Shown: in pieces, positions 12,631 to 20,721 of the stretch | Layout of the letters: each line of letters starts with the position of its first letter | How positions within the stretch are numbered: the stretch's first letter is position 1 | Assembly (NCBI GenBank): GCA_040285825.1 | Contig: JAUPSS010000009.1 | Location: 186,001-250,000, forward strand | Source of the DNA: Eukaryota sp. TZLM1-RC | Lineage: Eukaryota > Protista > Metamonada: BaSk clade | Direction: 5' to 3' | DNA: 64,000 nt | The notes under the pieces: model-generated | Databases searched by the model: none | What the model was told of the DNA's origin: nothing | What the model saw: only the letters and a program-made list of their open reading frames with translations | Program-made: the position numbers and the translations under genes

Positions 12631-14832
12631 TTATGAATAAAACTTGAAGGCTTTATAATCTAGTAATGATCCATCCAACAAATTTCCAAACCCGATAGAG
12701 AAAAGCTCTTCAACAGGAATAGATGTTAATTCAGAGACTACTGATAGTGCTTCACGTACAGTATAACCAAGAACAAAAACAACTTTTCTGAAATCATCAA
12801 TTACCTCCTGAATATCAGTAGGAGTCCCTCGAGTCAAGAAAGAAATAACTAAATTCACACGCAAGACAAACCCAATATCTTGCACAACGAAATTGTCAAC
12901 GCCAAGTTCTTTGAATTTCGCCAATAATCTAAGATTCCATGAATCAGTAGTGGCAAAATCTTGGTTGAACAATGCTAATTGTGCCTCCATATTGAAGAGA
13001 CGCAAGTAGCCAACTTTCAGGCATTTGGGGAGAGAATTAATCTTATTAAATAACAACTTGCGTTTTTTTGAACTCAAAACCTGTTTCGCTTGGCTGATTG
13101 TTCTACTAGAAAGTCCTTGTTTGAAAAATGAACAAGCCTTATTGATTAATTTTTCATCTTCCTGAATTTGGCGATCTCTTCTAGTCAACTGACATCTTTG
13201 GCAGTGGCAAGTAAAACCAGTGCCCTCTGAGAAGTTCTTCAACTGCTTGGCTCGATCATTTAATGGTTGAAGAGTGTCAATATAGGAAATAAACAATTCT
13301 TCACCTTTCTCAATATCAAGTGTAGCATAAACAAACATGAAATCTCCAATAAAGAAATAAGTACAATTAGGAGAGCAGGAATGGTTAAATAGAGACATCT
13401 TTAACCAAAACCCGCAGCCTTTTTCACTTGCTTCTATTCTAAACCAATTAGTTCTCACAGTTTGTTCAATATGACGTATATTTAAGGTATCATGGATTGA
13501 ATTATCAACATTGACTCCTCTTGCAAGTTGGAAAAACTCCTGCTTTTCAGTAGAATCATCAGGCAACAACGAAAGCTTCTGAATCGCTTTCCGAATAACA
13601 ACCTTCTGATCCATGGTGTCAGCGTGAGTTGAGTAAGGGTTAATATCCAACGACAATGGATCAAGACTTTCCTTTTTTGGAATATATGCAGCGAAAGCCT
13701 TCCCGGCCATGACAAGCGTTCCTTTAGGAATGGTTTTGATCGCCCTTATACCCCGTCCCATGGAATGTGTGTTAAATTCTTGAATCAGGGAAGAGAAGAA
13801 ATCTCCATGAGATCTGTCAAGGTAGTCATTGACTTTAGCTTCTTGTGAGAGTTGAGGGTAGTTATACCACCCATTAATCTCCTCTTGAGCCCTTTTTGCC
13901 TTATTGATTAATTGGTACCTTTCATTTTCTCTTATCAATTCCAATTCGTTAGCATGTAGCACTTCTTCAACCCTTCCCATCATAAGGGCAGCTGTAAGTT
14001 TTCTATAAGCCGCCTTCTCATGGGTGGGGTCGATCAAAAGTGCGTTGGAAGAAGCTGAATACGCAGCTTCCCAATGCTCAAGCTTAATATTACAGGCAGC
14101 AAGATTGGAGTTTAGAACAACCAATAAAGACTCAGGAGGAGAAAGTGAAAGGGCAGACGACCACAACTTTTCTGCCCGTTGATAATCCCCCTGGAGAAAC
14201 GCCTTGCTGCCCAACTCTTTAAGCTGGAAGGGATCCTGCGAAAGAGAGGTTTTTTTCCCTTGAGCCATTAACCACTCTTGTTTGCTGTTATAGCGAATGA
14301 TGCCGTGTGGATGATCACATCGAAGTAAAAGTGGATTCGCACGGCTGTCTTGTGCGTTCTTCATGAAAGGTTCTATCACGGCAACATAAGAACCCTTAGG
14401 AAAGTATATTGCGGGATCCTTGTCAGCAGGAACAAGGTTGTAGCTAGATAGTTGCATAAAATGGCTGTTGCTATCACGGATAAGTACATGGGTGGCAGTC
14501 GATCTAAAAGGATCTGCCACAACTTTAGCAAACAAAACATAGCCAGAATGGAGGTAATTCACCTTCTGGACAATTGAGGATAGAGTTATTGGTCTAAGGG
14601 TTTCCAAAGGAGGAATAACAATGTGTCTGATGGCCGAACCAACCGATTGTTTGACTAAAGACGAATGACCTTGGTGATTGGATGACTGTTTTCCCCCTTC
14701 TTCAAAAATATAACGATATACACTTTCAGGAGGAAGAACCCCAGAATAAATAGAAGGAGGACCAGCAGATTGTCTTTGTTGAATGACTTGTTCAAAAGGT
14801 TCCAACAAATCTTTAAACAAAGAATTCTGCAT
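12631..14832 (-). CDS. TPR + SET domain protein (SMYD-like lysine methyltransferase)
   Basis: TPR (LKELGSKAF...SNLAACNIKL), SET (GRGIRA, FNHSCSPNC, GEELFISY) and post-SET CHCQRC. Confidence 0.9.
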   Translation of the reverse strand: MQNSLFKDLLEPFEQVIQQRQSAGPPSIYSGVLPPESVYRYIFEEGGKQSSNHQGHSSLVKQSVGSAIRHIVIPPLETLRPITLSSIVQKVNYLHSGYVLFAKVVADPFRSTATHVLIRDSNSHFMQLSSYNLVPADKDPAIYFPKGSYVAVIEPFMKNAQDSRANPLLLRCDHPHGIIRYNSKQEWLMAQGKKTSLSQDPFQLKELGSKAFLQGDYQRAEKLWSSALSLSPPESLLVVLNSNLAACNIKLEHWEAAYSASSNALLIDPTHEKAAYRKLTAALMMGRVEEVLHANELELIRENERYQLINKAKRAQEEINGWYNYPQLSQEAKVNDYLDRSHGDFFSSLIQEFNTHSMGRGIRAIKTIPKGTLVMAGKAFAAYIPKKESLDPLSLDINPYSTHADTMDQKVVIRKAIQKLSLLPDDSTEKQEFFQLARGVNVDNSIHDTLNIRHIEQTVRTNWFRIEASEKGCGFWLKMSLFNHSCSPNCTYFFIGDFMFVYATLDIEKGEELFISYIDTLQPLNDRAKQLKNFSEGTGFTCHCQRCQLTRRDRQIQEDEKLINKACSFFKQGLSSRTISQAKQVLSSKKRKLLFNKINSLPKCLKVGYLRLFNMEAQLALFNQDFATTDSWNLRLLAKFKELGVDNFVVQDIGFVLRVNLVISFLTRGTPTDIQEVIDDFRKVVFVLGYTVREALSVVSELTSIPVEELFSIGFGNLLDGSLLDYKAFKFYS

Positions 14833-14866
14833 CTGATGTGTGGTTGATAATAAGACTAAATAAAAA

Positions 14867-15030
14867 GGAGTTAATTACAAAAACTTCTTTCAAATCTGCT
14901 ACTGAGAATTTCACACAAAGTGAATATTGAATAAATATCCCTAATAATTGTGTAAACTTCTCAGCACCAAGGGTTAGTATACACTAAACACCTTGGAAAT
15001 ACGTTGATTAAAACAGCTACTGCTGTCTTC
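14867..15030 (-). ncRNA. Candidate Fanzor omega-RNA (fRNA) scaffold
   Basis: Lies between the Fanzor stop codon and the element end. Three stems on the minus strand: AGACAGC/GCUGUUU (15011-15028); CCAAGG..UUAGU-GUAU-ACUAA..CCUUGG (14967-14996); UGCUGAGAA..UACACA..UGUGUG..UUCUCAGUA (14900-14966). Boundaries are inferred. Confidence 0.72.
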
Positions 15031-16883
15031 TTAGACGTCTCACACGCCTTGGCCTTCTGAATGGTTCTGGCCTAGTACCAGTGAAATACTCACTAATTGC
15101 AATCTCCAGCTGGTTTCTGGAGGCTGAGATGTCTCTAGACCAGTTGGTCTGACATCGAGGGCAATCGAACTTAGCGTTATTTACCCTTCCGTCATCATGA
15201 TAGATCTTTCTATGAAAGACCTTACAGCAATTCACATTTGCTGAGGTCATAAACTCGTCCCCGACTTTGACGCTTTCAAAGTGTTTTTTGATTTGTTTGA
15301 GAAATCTCTTTCGGGGGGATTTCACAGATTGACGAGATGGACCACCACCGCCATTGCCGAACCAAACTATAGTGTTTCTTCCTTCAGACAAGCGTTTAAT
15401 TTTGTTAATAAAACTAGTTAGTCTCTTTTGTCTTCGTATGAAGAAATCAAACTTATTTCTTCTCAGCTTTTTTCTTGCACCAAGCTGCAAATTTCCAGAC
15501 ATAATTGAAGCATATTCAGGCTCTTCCTCAGATTCAGGAACATAAGGTAAACTTATTTCAATCAGATACTCTTGGAAGCTCTGAGCGGAATAAGTGTTAG
15601 GAGTTGCTTGAGTGAGAGGAGGGGGGTGATTTAGTCTTCGTTCTTTTGGATTCAGTAGCAGTCCAGAACGTTCAAAAACAGTAGCAGAATTTCGGAAAGA
15701 ACCAGCAGTCCAACCACAAAGATTGCTGTGGTTGGGATCAATGGCTACAAAAAACAAATTTTCATCAGGATCTCTGTAATTGGGCTGTTGTTCCACTGGT
15801 AACCGCGGTCTTCTCTGTGGATTTGCTGTTCTATGGACATTGGATTTTCGTTTCCTTTCAGAGTTGTGAAAATCATAATTTCCAGAGGCTCGCCTGGGCT
15901 CAAATTCCGCTTTACTTGGCCTATTATAAGTTTTTCTTTCCTTCTGGGTAAACGTAAACCGCAAAGAATCACCATTTGAAAAAATGGTATAGTTAATAAA
16001 TTTGGATTTATTAAAATACCGATAAGGGTTGTTCAGAAGCTCTTTGTTTGCATTTAGTTTTGTGAAATAAGCTTCTGCTTCTTTAGTCAAGCTGCAGAAG
16101 CATGGAGACCAACTGGACAGTGGAGAGAGAGTGCCTTTTCATCACATCAGGGCAGTTATCTTCTAAAAAAGATAAAATGTTCAAGCCAGATTGAACGATT
16201 GTTGCAGCAGACTCCATATTGATGGGAAACCGTTCGTTTCTTATTGAATTTTCGAACAAATTTTGACCGCCACCAATATAGGCGTTGGCTGTCATATTGA
16301 GCCAATGGACCAAGATATGCTGGTGTATTTCTTGATACCATTGTAAAATTGACTCATCTGGCTGAATCCCTTGAAGTACACAGTCGGCGTATTTCTTGGG
16401 CCAGGGGCAATTTAGAAACTGAGCACAGCTTTTGAAAAAATTGCGTTTCCAGACGACAGGGCCGTCAGCAAGCAACTGACAAAAGGCTTCTCGCAGTTGG
16501 ATGGCTCGACTGCCAAGAAGAGTGGAAAGACACCAAAATCTACCACCGTCGGCTGAGGTGGTTTCATTCAGCGGTCGCCAGGGCCAAAAGTGCTGAACAA
16601 GGTGTTGTAGCGCTTGGTAAACCAAAGGATGGTTTTCAAATGGCCTCCTTTGTTTAGGCTCACTTTGGCAAACAAAGTCGAAACAGAGGCTCCAGAACTG
16701 GCTTTGAGTAAGCCACATTGAGTGTTCTGGGTATTGGAGCACAAAGAGTCGTGCTAGGTGAGTAGCATGAGCTCCAATACTAGCAAGAACTTGGAACTGG
16801 CGTTCCATTGCTTGTTGTGCCTCTGAGTCGAAGAACTGGTTGACAGACGCTGCCACAGTTGTAGTTTGTAGAACGTTATTCAT
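15017..16883 (-). CDS. Fanzor1 (TnpB-derived RuvC RNA-guided endonuclease), ~620 aa, split by one frameshift near 16083-16135
   Basis: RuvC-I VAIDPN, VWFGNGG, RuvC-II GDEFMTS + CC, CPRC zinc ribbon, RuvC-III WSRDISASRN, RPEPFRR and a basic tail. The upstream ORF (first ATG 16883) overlaps it on the same strand. Confidence 0.88.
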
Positions 16884-17283
16884 GGCAGTCAACACAGAAC
16901 GGAAACAGTCAGAAATGATTGAAAATTTGTTTCCTAAAATTGAAAATTTGTTGAAGTCAATCAATCTTATAGTTGTCAATTCAAAGTAAAGTTAGTTACA
17001 AGTGTTTATTAATGAGACATATGGTTCAAGATTACTTTCTGAATATTTTCCTTTCTTCAGACAAGAACTACATGTTACAAAAGTTGGTGAGTGGAGTTTG
17101 GTTGGGTTGTCATCATTGCCCAGATTCGTAATTGAATTTCATTTCATCACTTACAACATTTCATCACTTACTCTACTACGAACCTTCTCCTACGAATCCT
17201 TGCTTGCAGCTACTACCACTCTTTATGTCGGAAATTGAGAATCACTTTTATTTTAAGTAAAGTTTTTTTTTCTTCCTTCCTAT

Positions 17284-17904
17284 ATGGAATATAACCATGA
17301 ATACAAGATTGATTCTGGAATCAAATCAAATATAAAAGTCTCTACTATGCAGGGGCACTTATTTCGTAGAATGATCAACACAGAACTGTTACTACATTGT
17401 CATAGGTCCCTTCCCTCAAGTTCTTTTGTGGCTCCCTGGACTTCATATGAATCAGTCTGGCTGTCTTCCCTCTCTTCTATTCCTGATGTTCCACACCTTG
17501 TATTAAAGCTACAGAAGAGTCTACTTCCTGCATGTTTTCATCCTCAGTTCCAAAACTTTTCCAAACACTGCTACACGTTTTTCAAGAGAGTCAAATTTCC
17601 CCTTCTTTTCTCCAATCTGAACACTAAGGCCGAGAACAAAGCCTTAGAAGAGCTGATGCGCCTTCGTCATGAGCCTAATGATGCAAGAAACTCTGATGGA
17701 AGACGCTCTGGATCTCGTAAGGTCGCAACTGTTGCACAACCTAACTTTAAAATAAATGCTTTTTCTTCTCATACATGCTTTGGATCAATGTCTACCACCA
17801 ACAAGGCTGCAAATGCAGAATATATTGCAAATATGGCAAGTATTCAATCAAAACTCAGGGCCAACAATTTTTATTCACTTGGAACAACGTACTATTTTAG
17901 CTAG
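17284..17904 (+). CDS. Unassigned ORF inside the MULE element (possible captured host fragment)
   Basis: 206-aa ORF overlapping the transposase remnant; no MULE DDE motifs recognisable. Confidence 0.3.
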   Translation: MEYNHEYKIDSGIKSNIKVSTMQGHLFRRMINTELLLHCHRSLPSSSFVAPWTSYESVWLSSLSSIPDVPHLVLKLQKSLLPACFHPQFQNFSKHCYTFFKRVKFPLLFSNLNTKAENKALEELMRLRHEPNDARNSDGRRSGSRKVATVAQPNFKINAFSSHTCFGSMSTTNKAANAEYIANMASIQSKLRANNFYSLGTTYYFS

Positions 17905-18367
17905 AACGTTCAAAACAAATGACAGCAATGATGGTTTATATGAAGTTGTTGGTTTAAGAAACAGTACTTTTACCGTAGACTTTATCAACAAAAAATGTAG
18001 TTGTAATGGGTGGCAAAATGATGGATACCCATGTACTCCCAGTTTGGCTGTTTATTTAAAGAAGCAAGTTGTGCCATTTGATGGTATAGCTAAAATTCAT
18101 AGTTTAGAGTATTACAAAAAGTCTTTCGAAACAAGTATTCACATTGTTCCTGATCGAAGTGAATGGGAGTTCAAGTCTAAATTTCAAATGGTGGATCCTC
18201 CTAGTGTGCCCAAAGTGGGTGGACGACCACGCAAGAAGCGAATTGATGCCTTTTCTCCACAAAGAAAGAGACAAAGTGTTGCACTGGTACAAGATGATTG
18301 GTTATCCTTGTTCCAAGAAGACAATGTCCCAGAACTCATCGACGTGGACGATGTTTATCCAGACTGA
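17850..18367 (+). pseudogene. MULE transposase C-terminal fragment (degenerate SWIM zinc finger)
   Basis: GLYEV...FTVDFINKKCSCNGWQNDGYPC(TP)...YYKKSFETSI...PP...GRPRKKRI. The SWIM His is lost and no DDE domain is present. Confidence 0.85.
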
Positions 18368-18690
18368 GACATGGAAAATCATTTCGACTTGCTGAATGAC
18401 GATGTGGTATAAACTAGTATTAATAATAAACACTTTGATGACAAATGGTCTTTATCAGCTCTAAAGTGATATAAACTCTTCGTATAGGTGATGTTAACAT
18501 TGATATAACCTCGACTGAAAGTAGCAGTGTCAGGAGAATGGCTGATGGAATATAAGCAAAGGTAGCCCGAAACATGTGCATTTTTGAAATTGCAAAGTGA
18601 AAACGTGAGCATTTTTGTAAATCACCCAAATAAAAAGGGGAGGATTTCCTCTTCATTCTCAGTGCTAGTAATAGATTCAAATATGCATAT

Positions 18691-20055
18691 ATGTCGTTTA
18701 CGACATCTCCTAGACGTGTACGCCGCGTGGCTGTCATAGATGATGCCTCTAATTCATCCCCCTCTGACCGACAAGTTCCTCTATCCGCCCGAACTTTTTC
18801 AACAACATTTTCTGGTAGCGATTCGGTTTCCATACCTGATGCCAGTGTTCGTCTCAATGATTCTGCGTCAGAACCTGGATCTCCTCCACCACAACCACCA
18901 ATTACAACTCCTCTTACCGCACCTTACCTCAATGAAGACGAGGATCTTTCTAGAAACTCATCATCGGCCCTCCTCCAGAAAGTCTCTGCTCTCCGTCGTA
19001 TGTTTCAAGCTGAACGATCAGCTAGATCCTCCTTAGAAGAAGAATTAAAATCAGTTCGTGCACAGTACAGAACATTGGAGAAAACACTCAGTGAAAAGGA
19101 TGAAGTTTGTGTTCGATTGTTTCGAGAAAAGGATCTCTTAGCCGAGAAACTTATAACTCTACAAACAGAAAGAGCCGCAGAATTGGAAACTGATCAATCT
19201 GATTACCACTCAACTGCTCTCCCAGTTAAAAACAAGAAGAAACAAGCAGGTGTGGAACACGCAAGACTATCAAATGACTTGAGAAGACTTGAACAAAAGA
19301 ATGAAGACCTCCAGGACTCTCTTGACACAACATCTTCCATGCTTGATGCTGCTCGTGCCCAAGCCAGGATAATGGAAGAGAAGGTGCGGCAACTGAGTGA
19401 TGCATTAGATGTTAAGGAGGAGGCTTTGGATCAGTCAGAGAAGGAAAAGAAGTCATTGAGAGATCGCTACAGAAGGCTTCAGCTTGAACTTTCTGCTTGT
19501 CTGGAAGAAAGGAATGACCAAGATCAGACCGTAGAGAAGTTGCAAGAAGAAGTTAAGTTAGCCTTGGAGGGACAGGAAGAGCAGAAACAGAAGGTGATTG
19601 AGGTTGAGGGTCAGGTTGGTTCGCTTTCACAGTCATTAAAGCAAAAACAGAAACAAAATCAACTATTAGCTGATCGGTTACTTGATCTGACACTTAAGAC
19701 ACAGAGATACAGGCTGGAAATTCGAAATTTTAGGGTTGTCAGAGTATCCAAGTTGGGATCATCCAATGCGGTCATAAACATCTGTAAGAGCCCGCGAACA
19801 GGTGATGTAATGCTTGAAGTTTCTTTTGGAAGTACTCTGAAGGTCACTCCATTAATGCAGCTCTGTGGGTTTTCCCTGCAGTCTGATACCACTTTTAAAA
19901 TAGAATTTTCTAAGGGTTATTATGAAATTTTTGAGTCAACAGAGGCACCTGAAATAATAGAGATTTTAAATGAGTTTACTAGGTCTTGTGCCGAAGCTGA
20001 GTCTTCCAAAGTAACAGAGGTTGCAGATCAATTTTTAGCCTTTTTGGGTTTGTGA
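18691..20055 (+). CDS. Coiled-coil protein with small C-terminal beta-rich (PH-like?) domain
   Basis: 454-aa ORF with Ser/Pro-rich N-terminus and long heptad region; family not recognised. Confidence 0.75.
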   Translation: MSFTTSPRRVRRVAVIDDASNSSPSDRQVPLSARTFSTTFSGSDSVSIPDASVRLNDSASEPGSPPPQPPITTPLTAPYLNEDEDLSRNSSSALLQKVSALRRMFQAERSARSSLEEELKSVRAQYRTLEKTLSEKDEVCVRLFREKDLLAEKLITLQTERAAELETDQSDYHSTALPVKNKKKQAGVEHARLSNDLRRLEQKNEDLQDSLDTTSSMLDAARAQARIMEEKVRQLSDALDVKEEALDQSEKEKKSLRDRYRRLQLELSACLEERNDQDQTVEKLQEEVKLALEGQEEQKQKVIEVEGQVGSLSQSLKQKQKQNQLLADRLLDLTLKTQRYRLEIRNFRVVRVSKLGSSNAVINICKSPRTGDVMLEVSFGSTLKVTPLMQLCGFSLQSDTTFKIEFSKGYYEIFESTEAPEIIEILNEFTRSCAEAESSKVTEVADQFLAFLGL

Positions 20056-20721
20056 ATATACTTATCGTCGTTGTTTTTTTGCCAATTTGTGTGTTTTGAA
20101 GTTTTAATAAACTTTTTTAGTTTTACTATCAATAATACTATTTGTTTAAGTATTATTTCAGATTGCTAATGTATTTTGCCAAATAGATCACCTAGTTGAG
20201 AATCAGTTGGATGGTGCTCCACATTAAAAGTGTTGCAAACTTGAAATCTAATAAATTGCAGAAACTAAGTAGAAACTCTATTTAATGATTTAGATAGCAA
20301 TGTCATAATATGACCAGATTATGGTTTTCAATGAAGAGTTTATGGCGAAATATTGGGCAGAAAAAAAGGAATTGAATTGAATCAGAGTTTGGAGTTATAG
20401 CTTTCACGTGTTAAGGGGTTTCTCTGGTGAAGGTTTATGCTAAGTTTTATGTACTGAAGCTAAACTAAAACTTTATGTTACAACAACGGTCTCGGTACAC
20501 TTTCAAGGCTGTATAAGAGATAAAGTAGTGGAAAAGGGGACATTTAACAGTGTTGTATCATGTATTTGCAAGAAAGGCGACTATAAACTGATTAAGAGAA
20601 GTAAATCTATTGGAAGAATGAGATGAATACGCGTTTTCTGAGGTTATGATCTGAATGTGGGACACATGTAAATTCCTTCACTGTTCCTGTTGTATAAATC
20701 TACTGTCCTTTGCCAAATGCA

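Larger units (their letters stand above)
14867..18627. mobile_element. Mutator-like (MULE/MuDR) non-autonomous DNA transposon carrying a Fanzor1 gene and candidate omega-RNA
   Basis: 9-bp direct repeat AAATAAAAA at 14858-14866 and 18628-18636. Imperfect TIRs GGAGTTAATTACAAAAA / revcomp GGGTGATTTACAAAAA, both with a second TTTCAAA..TGC motif. Internal SWIM-type MULE transposase C-terminus. Confidence 0.82.

Noticed and set aside
15017-16090. Prokaryotic IS200/IS605 TnpB or Cas12 contamination
   Set aside because: No tnpA, CRISPR array or cas genes; it sits between eukaryotic genes inside MULE-type ends, and its size and motifs fit Fanzor1.
16884-16979. TTG-started N-terminal extension of the Fanzor ORF
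   Set aside because: Eukaryotic context favours the first ATG at 16883; the upstream part is AT-rich repeat sequence.
18420-18857. 145-aa minus-strand ORF
   Set aside because: Antisense shadow crossing the coiled-coil gene start and the MULE TIR; no motifs.
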